From contig CAXXDN010000002.1 of assembly GCA_963667465.2 (NCBI GenBank), forward strand, positions 576,001 through 640,000: a stretch of 64,000 nt of DNA. The letters run 5' to 3'. Positions 31,171 through 40,515 of the stretch are shown in pieces (the stretch's first letter is position 1; each line of letters starts with the position of its first letter). Under the pieces are notes generated by a model. It saw nothing but the letters and a program-made list of their open reading frames with translations, made no database searches and had not been told where the DNA came from. Position numbers and translations under genes: made by a program. The DNA is from Dehalococcoidia bacterium (GTDB taxonomy: Bacteria > Chloroflexota > Dehalococcoidia > UBA2979).

Positions 31171-32529
31171 CTAGGGCCGGCTCATCGGCACGGCCGCCGC
31201 ATCCTCGGGCTCGGTCGCGCCAAGCAGGTCGCCGAGGCTGACGATGCCGTCCTGCTCGACGAGGCGGGCGCGGATCGCGGCCAGCACCGCGTCGTCGAGG
31301 CCCTCGAGGGTGGCGCTGGCGGCGGCGAACAGCTCGGACGTGGGGAGCACGGCGTAGGACGTCGCCTCGGCGGCGACGCGCAGGGCATCGGCGATCGGCG
31401 CCTTGCGCCGATCGGGCGCCTGCAGCCGCTCGCCGTTCGCCACCACGAGGCCGCGCGCCGGGCGGCCCTCCTGCTCGATCCGCTGATCGAGGCGGGCGCG
31501 CAGGCGGTAATGCGGCGCCATCCCGATCGGCTCGACGGAGCCTTCGACTTCGAGCTCGTGCCGGCCCGCGTCGTCGCTCAGCGTGACCAGGCCGTCGCGT
31601 TCGTGGCTGCGGAAGCCGAGCAGCTCCAGGCAGCGCACGACGGCCGGGCGCAGCGCGTGGTTGCCCTCGGTCCAGAGCACGTCGCGCACGCGAGTAAGCT
31701 GCACCAGCTCGCCCTCGGCGGCCTTGCGTTGCGCCTCGGCGCGTTCGACGGCGCTCACCGCCTCGGCGCTCGCCTCCTCCAGCGTCTCGAGGCCGGGCAG
31801 GGGCTGCTGGCGCACCCAGTGCGGCGGGTCGCCGACGGGCAGGTCGAGCAGCTCTCGTGTCGCGGCGAGGATCGAGGACGACTGCTTGCGCCCCGCGTCG
31901 CCGCCGCGGCTGCGCGGGGCGGGCAGGAAGACGACCGTCCCGCCGAGCACGCGGAACTCGACGCCGACGGGCGCGCCTCCGCCGGAACGGGCGATGACCC
32001 GCGCGACGTTCGCGAAGCCGGGCGCGGCGTCGTTGAAGTGCGCTCGATAGAGCATGTCGTTGCCGATGGCATCGACATAACGCGCGAAGGGGTGACGGTG
32101 GTCGGCGACGGCGGCCTGCACGCCCTCGCCCCAGCGGATCAGTCCGGCGTCCCAGGCCAGCCCCGCGGGCGCCGGGAGGAAGAAGTAGCGATCGAGGCCG
32201 GGGAAGCCCGCGACCTCGGTGATCATTGCCAGGGGGTGCGTGAAGACGATGACGAGCGCGCCGCGCTCCAGCGCGCGCACCAGCTCATCGCGGCGGCGCT
32301 GCAGGATCTCGCCGGCCGGGACGCCCCGCCCGGTGAGCGCGTTCACGACCTGCGCATCGCCGTGCGTGGTGTGCTCCTGCGAGGCGTCGAGCAGCTCGCG
32401 GATGCTGCTGAACACCCCCTCGGGGTCGATCGCGATCGCCTCGTAGTCGAAGAAGGCGGGCGCATTGAAGATCGTGTGGTTATCGATCGCCATGTCGGGC
32501 AGGGGGCGTCCGATCGAGAGCAGGCGCAC
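31171..32529 (-). CDS. Conserved hypothetical protein (coiled coil plus possible degenerate PD-(D/E)XK-like C-terminal domain)
   Basis: Long ORF with good codon usage and a GTG start after AAGGAG. Confidence 0.75.
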   Translation of the reverse strand: MRLLSIGRPLPDMAIDNHTIFNAPAFFDYEAIAIDPEGVFSSIRELLDASQEHTTHGDAQVVNALTGRGVPAGEILQRRRDELVRALERGALVIVFTHPLAMITEVAGFPGLDRYFFLPAPAGLAWDAGLIRWGEGVQAAVADHRHPFARYVDAIGNDMLYRAHFNDAAPGFANVARVIARSGGGAPVGVEFRVLGGTVVFLPAPRSRGGDAGRKQSSSILAATRELLDLPVGDPPHWVRQQPLPGLETLEEASAEAVSAVERAEAQRKAAEGELVQLTRVRDVLWTEGNHALRPAVVRCLELLGFRSHERDGLVTLSDDAGRHELEVEGSVEPIGMAPHYRLRARLDQRIEQEGRPARGLVVANGERLQAPDRRKAPIADALRVAAEATSYAVLPTSELFAAASATLEGLDDAVLAAIRARLVEQDGIVSLGDLLGATEPEDAAAVPMSRP

Positions 32530-32634
32530 GTGTCGGCTCCTTCGCCGGGAAGCGTCTCGCGGTCCTCGACGCTCGCGATTGATTGTACCTGCGTGTCGAC
32601 TGGAGGCGGAAAGGGGTCATCGGCGGGAACGTCT

Positions 32635-32664
32635 TTGACGCCCCGCCGGGCGCGCGCCTACGAT
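32635..32664 (+). promoter_or_regulatory. Sigma70-type promoter for SRP RNA
   Basis: TTGACG-18-TACGAT, 6 nt before the RNA start. Confidence 0.7.
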
Positions 32665-32670
32665 CATGGC

Positions 32671-32936
32671 GGTCGTGCTAGGCGGGGAGCTAGCGGTGCC
32701 CTGTAACCCGCAATCCGCTCAGCGGGGCTGAATGCCCGCCCGCGGTGCGCCCCCCGGGGACTGCCGAGATCAAGCGGCGTTGAGAGCCTGGTCCTGCGCG
32801 ACGATGCCCGGTTAACTCCGTCAGGGCCGGAAGGCAGCAGCGGTACGCCGGTCACATCGGGCGCCGTAGGGGCGCCGGGCTTGAGTTGGCTGGTGGAGGC
32901 AAGCCCGGAGTGCGTATCAACGGCGGGGCACGACCA
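32671..32936 (+). ncRNA. ffs: Signal recognition particle RNA, large (Alu-domain, Bacillus-type)
   Basis: 5' GGTCGTGCTAGGCGGGGAGCTAGCGGTGCCCTGTAACCCGCAATCCGC; helix 8 TCAGGGCCGGAAGGCAGCAG; 3' GCACGACC pairs with the 5' end. Confidence 0.93.
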
Positions 32937-32971
32937 CTTCCGCACCCGAACAGCGAGGCGCCCTCGCACGC

Positions 32972-33907
32972 GTGCGGCGCTCCGTGAGCTCTGCTCGCGG
33001 CGCCCGCCGCTCGCGACGCCCGAGGCCTGCTCGCGGCGAGGAGCCGGAGGAGCCGCCCGAGTTCTTGCGCCGCCTCGGCGTCAGCCCGCGCAAGGCGCTC
33101 GGCCAGCACTTCCTCGTCGACGAGCTCCTGCTCTCGCGCATCGCAGACGCCTGCGCGCTCGGCCCCGACGACACCGTGATCGAGATCGGCGCCGGGCCCG
33201 GCGGGCTGAGCAGCGAGCTCGCCCAACGCGCCGGCACCCTGATCGCCGTCGAGATCGACGAGGAGCTGGCGAGCCTGGCGCGGCGGCAGCTCGAGGGGCG
33301 CGGGCGCGCCTGTGTCGTGGCCGCGGACGCTCTCGGCGTGACGCCCGGCGAACTCCTCGATGAGTGCGAAGCGAGCGCGCCCTACGTGATGGTCGGCAAC
33401 CTGCCGTACTACATCACGCAGCCGCTGGTCCGCCGCTTCCTCGAGGCGGACGAGCCGCCCGAGCGAATCGTCGTGCTGGTGCAGCGCGAGGTCGCCCGCC
33501 GCATCGTTGGCGGACCGGGCAAGGAGTCGCTGCTCTCGCTCTCGGTCAAGACCTACGGCCGGCCCGAGGCGCTGTTCGATGTGCCATCGAGCGCCTTCTG
33601 GCCCGCGCCCAGGGTACAGTCCGCGCTCGTGCGGATTGAGCGGCTGCCGAGGCCGGCGGTGGACCTGCCGCCGCCGGTGCTCGCGCGCTTCTTCCTGCTG
33701 CTGCGCGCCGGCTTCGCGGAGCCGCGCAAGCAGCTGCACAACGGCCTGCGTTCCTCCCTTGGCCTCTCGCGGGACGACGTGCAGGCGCTGCTGCTCGACG
33801 CCGCCATCGACCCGGCGCTGCGCGCCCAGCACCTCGATCTGGACGACTGGCAGCGGCTGCACGAACTCACCGAGGAGCGCTGGCCGGGGAGCCTCGATGT
33901 TGGCTAA
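32972..33907 (+). CDS. rsmA: 16S rRNA adenine dimethyltransferase
   Basis: KALGQHFL, EIGAGPG, GNLPYYIT, FWPAPRVQSA. Confidence 0.95.
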   Translation: MRRSVSSARGARRSRRPRPARGEEPEEPPEFLRRLGVSPRKALGQHFLVDELLLSRIADACALGPDDTVIEIGAGPGGLSSELAQRAGTLIAVEIDEELASLARRQLEGRGRACVVAADALGVTPGELLDECEASAPYVMVGNLPYYITQPLVRRFLEADEPPERIVVLVQREVARRIVGGPGKESLLSLSVKTYGRPEALFDVPSSAFWPAPRVQSALVRIERLPRPAVDLPPPVLARFFLLLRAGFAEPRKQLHNGLRSSLGLSRDDVQALLLDAAIDPALRAQHLDLDDWQRLHELTEERWPGSLDVG

Positions 33908-34808
33908 CGCCCCGGCCCTCTCGCTGCTCGCGCCGGCGAAGCTGAACCTCGTGCTCGAGGTGACCGGGCGGCGCGGCGACGGCTACCACGACCTCGACAC
34001 GGTGCTGACGACGATCGACCTCGCCGACCGCGTGCGCCTGCGCCCGGCCGCCGCGCTCGACGTGCGCCTCAGCGGGCGCGGCACGGGGGAGATCGCCGCC
34101 GATGGCGAGCTGTCGGCCGCGGCCGCGCGGGCGCTCGCGGCGGCAGCCGGGCGCGCGCCGAACGTGGCAATCGAGGTCGAGAAGCGCGTACCGGCGGCGG
34201 CCGGGCTGGGCGGCGGCTCCTCGGACGCGGCGGCCGTGCTGCGCGGGCTCGCGCGGCTCTGGGAGCTCGACTGGCCGATCGAGCGGCTCGAGGCGATCGC
34301 GGCTTCGGTGGGGTCGGATGTGCCGTTCTTCCTGCACGGGGGGACGGCGCGCTGCCGCGGCCGCGGCGAGATCGTGACGCCGCTGCGCGATCTGCGGGCG
34401 TTGCGCGTGCTGCTGCTGCTCCCGCCGGTCCCGCAGGGTCCCGCGAAGACGGCGCGACGCTTCGGCGCGCTGCACCCGCATGACCTGACCGACGGCGCGC
34501 GCTCGGCGCGCATCGCGCATCGCGTGCGCCGCGACGCCCCGCCTCCGACCGGCGATCTGTGGAACGCCTTCGAGGCGGTGATCGAGCGCACGGAGTCGGA
34601 GCTGCTCGCGCACTACGGCGCCTACGCCTCCGCGCTCGGCGGCGTGCCCCTGCACCTGACGGGGACCGGCCCCACGGTCTTCCTGCTGATCCACGAGCGA
34701 GCGAAGGGCGCGGAGTTGCGGCGCGACCTCGAGCAGGCGGGCGCCGAGGCGATCGCGGCACGCACGCTGACGCGCGCCGAGGCGCTCGCGATCACGGAGG
34801 AGGCATGA
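33897..34808 (+). CDS. ispE: 4-diphosphocytidyl-2-C-methyl-D-erythritol kinase
   Basis: APAKLNLVLEV.GRRGDGYH, PAAAGLGGGSSDAAA, GSDVPFF. Confidence 0.93.
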   Translation: MLANAPALSLLAPAKLNLVLEVTGRRGDGYHDLDTVLTTIDLADRVRLRPAAALDVRLSGRGTGEIAADGELSAAAARALAAAAGRAPNVAIEVEKRVPAAAGLGGGSSDAAAVLRGLARLWELDWPIERLEAIAASVGSDVPFFLHGGTARCRGRGEIVTPLRDLRALRVLLLLPPVPQGPAKTARRFGALHPHDLTDGARSARIAHRVRRDAPPPTGDLWNAFEAVIERTESELLAHYGAYASALGGVPLHLTGTGPTVFLLIHERAKGAELRRDLEQAGAEAIAARTLTRAEALAITEEA

Positions 34809-35203
34809 GCGCCGAGGTCGACGCCGGGCGCGCGCTGTTCTCGGGCGTTGTCTCGGGGGCGGCGGCGGCGTTCGCGACGGTTGCGATTGCGCTCTGGGCG
34901 ATGAGCCGCAGTCCTCGCTGGCGCGAGCGGGCGGCGGGACTGAACCGGATCCCGGCGCCGCTCGTCGGGGTGGTGCTGGTCAACGGGGCGCTGATCGGCT
35001 GGACGCTGCTCGGGCTGCTGCTGGGCGCGGTCTACATCCAGGTGGCGGATCCGCTGCGCTTCGGGATGATCGTGCATGGCCTCGTGCTGATCGCGGTCAT
35101 CGCGACGGCGTTCGTGTTTCGAGGGCTGAGCGGCGTGGTCTGGGCGACAGCGATCGTGGCGGCGTTCGCCTTCGGTGTGCTGCTGCCCGCACTCGCGAGC
35201 TGA
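34805..35203 (+). CDS. Hypothetical membrane protein
   Basis: ATGA overlap with ispE, GGAGG SD, four hydrophobic segments. Confidence 0.75.
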   Translation: MSAEVDAGRALFSGVVSGAAAAFATVAIALWAMSRSPRWRERAAGLNRIPAPLVGVVLVNGALIGWTLLGLLLGAVYIQVADPLRFGMIVHGLVLIAVIATAFVFRGLSGVVWATAIVAAFAFGVLLPALAS

Positions 35204-35269
35204 GCGTCCCATCGGGGGCCAGCGGCGGCCGGTGATGCGGCCCGTACGGGCATCTCGTACCCTTGGGCC

Positions 35270-36055
35270 GTGCCCGCCGCCGACGGGCTGCGGACGGCAG
35301 AGCGAAGGAGACGGACGCTGCAGCTGACGCCTGGACTGCAGGGCAGCGTGCTCGACATGCACGTCCACTCTGCGGTCGCCTCCTCGGACAGCACGCTCAA
35401 CCCGCACAAGCTGCCCGAACTCGGGCGCGCGGCCGGGCTGACCGGCGCCAATATCTCCGAGCACGACAAGATGTGGGACCGCCACCTGCGCGCCGAGTAC
35501 CGCGAGCAGCACACGGATTTCCTCGTCAACTTCGGGATGGAGATCTCCACCGACCTCGGCCACATGCTGGTGATCGGCCTGCCCGCCTACATCAGCGGCA
35601 TCCGCCGCGCCGAGCAGCTGCGCGAGGAGCTCAACGCCGTCGGTGGCTTCCTGATTGTCGCGCACCCCTTCCGCCACGTGTTCGACAACGTGACGGCGAT
35701 GCGCAAGGACAGCGTCCCGTTCGAGCTGACCCCCGCCGAGGCGGCCGGGCTCCCCGTCTTCCAGCTCGCCGATGCGATCGAGATCGCCAACGGCTGCAAC
35801 ACGCCGCGCGAGAACTACTTCGCCTACGAGGTGGCGCGAGAGCTCGGGCTGCCGACCACCGGCGGCAGTGACGCGCACTCGGAGAGCGGCATCGGCTACT
35901 ACGCGACCGGCTTCGAGCGCGAGCTGCAAAGCGAGGCGGAGCTGCTCGAAGAGCTGCACGCCGGCCGCTTCGAGGCGATCGTGCGCTCCGCCGCTGGCGA
36001 CTTCGCGCGCTTCGAGCCGGGCGTCGTCGAGGCGGTCGCCGAGGCCCGCGGCTAG
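35270..36055 (+). CDS. PHP-domain metal-dependent phosphoesterase
   Basis: DMHVH, EHD, GH, AHPFR, EIANG, GGSDAH. Confidence 0.88.
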   Translation: MPAADGLRTAERRRRTLQLTPGLQGSVLDMHVHSAVASSDSTLNPHKLPELGRAAGLTGANISEHDKMWDRHLRAEYREQHTDFLVNFGMEISTDLGHMLVIGLPAYISGIRRAEQLREELNAVGGFLIVAHPFRHVFDNVTAMRKDSVPFELTPAEAAGLPVFQLADAIEIANGCNTPRENYFAYEVARELGLPTTGGSDAHSESGIGYYATGFERELQSEAELLEELHAGRFEAIVRSAAGDFARFEPGVVEAVAEARG

Positions 36056-36088
36056 GGCAGTACTCCCCGGAGAGGGCGGCGAGGCGCG

Positions 36089-38923
36089 ATGCCTCTCGGT
36101 CCCCACGAATCTGCAGCAGACCGCGGCGAGTACGTCGCGGTCGACCTCGAGACGACCGGCCTCGACCCGGCGAGCGACCGCATCATCGAGATCGGCGCCG
36201 TGCGCTTCGGCGCGGAGGGTCCACGCGAGCGCTTCCGCACATTCGCCAGCCCCGGCCGGGCGCTACCGCCCGCGATCCGCGTGCTCACGGGCATCGAGGA
36301 CGCCGACCTGACCGGCGCTCCGCCGCCGTCGCTCGCCGTGCACGAGTTCGCCGCCTTCGCGCGCGGCCTCCCGCTGGTCGCGCACAACGCACCCTTCGAC
36401 CTCGGATTCCTCGCCGAGGCGGGGTTGCAGGTGCAGGCGCCCGCCTACGACAGCTACGAGCTCGCCTCGGTGTTGCTGCCGACAGCGACGCGGCTCGACC
36501 TGCGCTCGCTCGCGGAGTCGCTCGGCGTCACTGTCGAGGAGTCGCATCGCGCGCTCGCCGACGCCGAGGTGACGGCGGAGGTCTTCCTGCGCCTGCTGGA
36601 GCGGCTCGAGCGGCTGCCGGCGGCGACGCTCCGCGACCTCCTGCGGCTCGCCGGCCAGTCCGCCTGGGGCCTCGGGCCCCTGTTCGACGAGGCGCTGGCG
36701 CGGAGTGGCACAGGCGCGGGTGAGGGCGCCGTCCTCGCGCCCGGCGGGCTGGCGCGCGAGCCTCGCGAGCTGCCGCCGCCGCTGCGCCCCCTGCCGGAGT
36801 TCACGCCACTCGACGCGGACGAGGTGGAGGGACGCTTCGCCGAGGCGCGCCGCCGCGCGGACCTGTTCCCCGGCTTCGAGACACGCGAGGGCCAGACCGC
36901 GATGGCACGCGCCGTCGCGGACAACATCGCGCACGAGGGCCAGCTCGCCGTCGAGGCGGGAACGGGGACGGGCAAATCGCTCGCCTACCTCGTGCCCGCG
37001 CTTTCGCACGCGCTGCGCAGCGGCGAGCGCGTCGTGATCTCGACGCACACACTGAACCTGCAGGAGCAACTGGCCGGGCGCGACATGCCCGCGGCGGCGG
37101 AGCTCGCCGAGTCGGCGGCCGGGGCGCCGCCGGGCGCGCTGCGCACGGCCGTGCTCAAGGGGCGAGGGAACTACCTCTGCCTCGAACGCTGGTCCCAGGC
37201 GATCGAGCTGGAGGAGCCGCGCAGCGCCGACCAGGCGCGCGTGCTCGCTCGCATCGCCGTCTGGCTCGGAGAGACGGAGCGCGGCGACCGCGCGGAGCTG
37301 TACCTGCGCGGCGACGAGTGGCCGCACTGGCGCGCCCTCGCCGCCGACACGAACGACTGCCTCGCCCGGCGCTGCGCGTTCGTGCGCGAGGGCAGCTGCT
37401 TCCTCCAGCGGGCGCGCGCAGAGGCGGCGGCGGCGCACGTCCTCGTCGTCAACCACGCGCTGCTGCTCGTCAACGCCGCGGGCGGCGACCAGCTGCTGCC
37501 GCCCTGCCGCCACCTGATCGTCGACGAGGCGCACCGCCTCGAGGGCGTCGCGACGAGTCAGTTCGGCGAGTCCGTCTCGCTGCAGGAGATCGCGCAACTG
37601 CTCGACGAGGCCTCGGCCGGCGGGGGCTCCCTCGCCGCCTCGCTGCGAGGGGCGGCACGACGCGATCCGATGCCGCTCTCGCCGGCCGCCGGCCTCGCGC
37701 CGCTTGCCGACGAGATCGCCTCGGCCGTCGCGATGGCGCGCGCGCGGCTGCCGGACCTCGAGGCGGCGATCGCCGCCTACAGCGAGGAGTTCGAGGAGCG
37801 CGCGAGGGGGGCGCAACTGCTGATCACGCCGGGCCGGCGTGCGCAGCCGCTCTGGGGGGATGTCGAGGACGGGGCGCTACACCTCGAACTCGCGCTCGAC
37901 CAGCTGGCGCGGCGCCTGGCCGAAGCCGAGGCGACGGTCGGATCGCTGCTGGCGGCGGGTGCGCCCTCGCTCGACACGCTGCGGAGCGCCCTCGCGCGGG
38001 CCGCCGCGCGGGCGGCGCAGCAGGCCGCGACGCTGCGAGAGGCGCTGCAGCGCGCCGACCCCGAGCGCATCGTCTGGCTCGACAGCGGCGGTCGCGGGCC
38101 GCGCGTGCGCAGCGCGCCGCTCGACGTCGCCGATCGCCTCGAAGACGAGCTGTGGGCGCGGCGCGATTCCGTCCTCGTCACGAGCGCGACGCTGACGGCG
38201 CAGCAGCGCTTCGATTTCAGCCTGCGAGGCATCGGGCTGCCCGATGCGGACGCCCTCGACGTCGGATCGCCGTTCGACTACCGGCGAGCGGTGCTCGTGC
38301 TCGTCGTCGACGACCTGCCGCCGCCGAACGCGCCGGACTACGAGGCCGCCTCGCAGCAGCTGCTGGGCGAGGCGGCGCGTGCGGCGGGCGGGCGCACGCT
38401 GGCGCTCTTCACCTCGCACGGCGCGGTGCGCTCGGCCGCCGGCGCGTTGCGCGGTCCGCTCGCCGCCGAGGGCATCGGCGTGCTCGCGCACGACCTCGAC
38501 GGCGGTCCGGCGCGCCTGCTGCGGGCGCTCGCGGAGCGCCCTCGCTCGCTGGTGCTGGGCACCGCCGCGTTCTGGGAGGGCGTCGACGTGCCCGGCCCGG
38601 CGCTCTCGCAGCTCGTGCTCGCGCGCCTGCCCTTCCCGGTGCCGACCGATCCGATCCATGCCGCGCGCTCCGCGCTGCACGACCAGCCGTTCGAGGAGTA
38701 CATGCTGCCGCACGCCGTGCTGCGCTTCCGCCAGGGCTTTGGCCGCCTGATTCGCGGCCCGCGCGACCGGGGCGTCTTCCTCATCCTCGACCGTCGCGTC
38801 AGCACGCGCGCCTACGGGGAGGCGTTCCTCGAGGCGCTGCCCGACAGCGAGCAACGCACGCTCCCCGCGCGCGAGGTTCCCGCGGCCGTCGCCGCCTGGC
38901 TCTCCGAGGCCTCCGGTGCCTGA
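36089..38923 (+). CDS. dinG: DnaQ-like exonuclease / DinG family helicase fusion
   Basis: DLETTG, AHNAPFD, HRALADA; EAGTGTGKS, KGRGNYLC, DEAH, QGFGRLIR. Confidence 0.92.
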   Translation: MPLGPHESAADRGEYVAVDLETTGLDPASDRIIEIGAVRFGAEGPRERFRTFASPGRALPPAIRVLTGIEDADLTGAPPPSLAVHEFAAFARGLPLVAHNAPFDLGFLAEAGLQVQAPAYDSYELASVLLPTATRLDLRSLAESLGVTVEESHRALADAEVTAEVFLRLLERLERLPAATLRDLLRLAGQSAWGLGPLFDEALARSGTGAGEGAVLAPGGLAREPRELPPPLRPLPEFTPLDADEVEGRFAEARRRADLFPGFETREGQTAMARAVADNIAHEGQLAVEAGTGTGKSLAYLVPALSHALRSGERVVISTHTLNLQEQLAGRDMPAAAELAESAAGAPPGALRTAVLKGRGNYLCLERWSQAIELEEPRSADQARVLARIAVWLGETERGDRAELYLRGDEWPHWRALAADTNDCLARRCAFVREGSCFLQRARAEAAAAHVLVVNHALLLVNAAGGDQLLPPCRHLIVDEAHRLEGVATSQFGESVSLQEIAQLLDEASAGGGSLAASLRGAARRDPMPLSPAAGLAPLADEIASAVAMARARLPDLEAAIAAYSEEFEERARGAQLLITPGRRAQPLWGDVEDGALHLELALDQLARRLAEAEATVGSLLAAGAPSLDTLRSALARAAARAAQQAATLREALQRADPERIVWLDSGGRGPRVRSAPLDVADRLEDELWARRDSVLVTSATLTAQQRFDFSLRGIGLPDADALDVGSPFDYRRAVLVLVVDDLPPPNAPDYEAASQQLLGEAARAAGGRTLALFTSHGAVRSAAGALRGPLAAEGIGVLAHDLDGGPARLLRALAERPRSLVLGTAAFWEGVDVPGPALSQLVLARLPFPVPTDPIHAARSALHDQPFEEYMLPHAVLRFRQGFGRLIRGPRDRGVFLILDRRVSTRAYGEAFLEALPDSEQRTLPAREVPAAVAAWLSEASGA

Positions 38924-39395
38924 GCCGGGCGGACGCACAACGCGAGCGCGGCCCTGGGCGCGCGGCGAGGGCGTCACGCTGGTCGCGGCGGACGCGCCGC
39001 CCGCGGACGAGGGCATCGCGCAGGCGGTGCGCGAGGGCGTTGCGCGCAGCCATCGAGGCGAGGTCGAGACGCCGTTGCCGGACACGCGGCTCTACCACGT
39101 CCGGACGGAGGGCGAGACCGTCGGGGTGCTGGGCATCGCGGCAGGGCCGGAAGCGCGCACCGTGACCTTCTCTGGCGTCGCGATCGCGCCCGAGCGCCGC
39201 GGGCGCGCGATTGCCGTGCGGGCGGTGCGGATCGCCGAGCGGCGGCTGCGTCGCGAGGGCGTGCGCGGCTTCTACGGGCGTGCGCCGCGCGGCAACGGGC
39301 GCGGCCTCTACTTCTGGCTGCGCGCCGGGTACGCGCCACTGCGCTCGCTTCGCCCCGAGGACGACGCGACCTGGTTCCGGCTGCCTACTCCCTAG
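38916..39395 (+). CDS. GNAT family N-acetyltransferase
   Basis: AIAPERRGRA motif A; N..GLYFWLRAGY. Confidence 0.75.
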   Translation: MPEPGGRTTRARPWARGEGVTLVAADAPPADEGIAQAVREGVARSHRGEVETPLPDTRLYHVRTEGETVGVLGIAAGPEARTVTFSGVAIAPERRGRAIAVRAVRIAERRLRREGVRGFYGRAPRGNGRGLYFWLRAGYAPLRSLRPEDDATWFRLPTP

Positions 39396-39735
39396 GTTCC
39401 TTGGCGACGGTCTCTTCGGGAGTTGCTGCGGCGTCCTCGTTCGCGTCGCGCTGCCGCTCCGCCTGGCGCGTCTCCATGTAGCGCCGGGCCCCGCGCCGGT
39501 ACCAGACCGCGATCAGCACGGCGCTGAGCAGCGCCACGCCGATGTCGAGCACCTGCAGCGGGTCGGCGGGAAGGAACGTCGCGACGCGCGCGAGCCAGTA
39601 GCCGAAGAGCAGCGCCATGACGGTGCCGAGGCGGCTCCTGCGGGCAGGCTCGCCTGGGGCGCGCGGCTCGGTGGCGGCGGGCGGTGCGGGCGTGTCGCTG
39701 CGCCGGGGGCGGAAGCGGCGGCGGCGCGAGGCCAC
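39385..39735 (-). CDS. Small 2-TM hypothetical membrane protein
   Basis: Two hydrophobic segments; co-oriented with upstream minus-strand genes. Confidence 0.6.
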   Translation of the reverse strand: MASRRRRFRPRRSDTPAPPAATEPRAPGEPARRSRLGTVMALLFGYWLARVATFLPADPLQVLDIGVALLSAVLIAVWYRRGARRYMETRQAERQRDANEDAAATPEETVAKEPRE

Positions 39736-39740
39736 CGCGG

Positions 39741-40193
39741 CTAGGGGCCGTCGATGCGGCGGAAGCGGCGACGCTTCGGGCGCTCGGGCGCGGCGGCAGG
39801 CGGTGGCTTGCTCGCCGCCGGCGGCGAGGGCGGAGCCGCCGGAGCCGCCGGAGCAGGCGGAGCAGGCGGAGCAGGCGGGGGTATAGGGGGCATGATGATC
39901 GTGCCCGCCTGCGCGCCGGGAGGCGCCCCCAGCGGGTCGAAGCCGGGCGGCGGCGCCTGGAAGCCTTCTGCCTGGATGCTGCCGCGGATTAGCTCGAGGC
40001 AGCGATTACAGAAGAACTGCAGCACCGGCTCGTCGCAGTCACCGACCCAGACGTCGCCGCAGTCGATGCCCGCGATGTCGTTGCGGGGGTTGAGGTGGAA
40101 CAGCACGCCGCAGTTGCTGCAATCGGAGAGCAGCTGGGCGTTCGTCTCGGAGACCTCGCAGATCTCGCAGGTGTGGGTCGGAGCCGAAGTCAT
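39741..40193 (-). CDS. PHD/RING-like zinc-finger protein with Pro/Ala-rich tail and basic end
   Basis: CEIC...CSNC.VLFH...CG...FFCNRC; ATG after AGGAGAG. Confidence 0.75.
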   Translation of the reverse strand: MTSAPTHTCEICEVSETNAQLLSDCSNCGVLFHLNPRNDIAGIDCGDVWVGDCDEPVLQFFCNRCLELIRGSIQAEGFQAPPPGFDPLGAPPGAQAGTIIMPPIPPPAPPAPPAPAAPAAPPSPPAASKPPPAAAPERPKRRRFRRIDGP

Positions 40194-40230
40194 AGCGTCT
40201 CTCCTCGTGCGTGGCCGTGCCGGGCCGCCG

Positions 40231-40515
40231 CTAGCGGACGACGGAGCGCCAGTGGCCGCCGCTGGCGGCGTCGGCCTCGTAGCGCTCGATACAGGGGTTG
40301 CAACTGAAGCTGAAGCCGCAGGCCTGGCCGAAGGTCGCCGCGCCGCAACTGCGGCCCAGCTCAGCCTGGCTCAGGTCGATGTGGAAGACGGCCCCGCAAT
40401 CGGCGCAGTCGGCCAGCTCCTTCGGCGGTCCCTGGAGGCCGCAGACGGCGCAGTCCAGCAGCTTCGCTGCCGCTGGCGCCTCGGCGGGCCGGCCCTGGGC
40501 GGGCAGGGTGCTCAT
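40231..40515 (-). CDS. PHD/RING-like zinc-finger protein (paralog of 39741-40193)
   Basis: CAVC...CADC.AVFH...CG...FSCNPC; ATGA overlap with the cca-like gene, GGAGG SD. Confidence 0.72.
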   Translation of the reverse strand: MSTLPAQGRPAEAPAAAKLLDCAVCGLQGPPKELADCADCGAVFHIDLSQAELGRSCGAATFGQACGFSFSCNPCIERYEADAASGGHWRSVVR

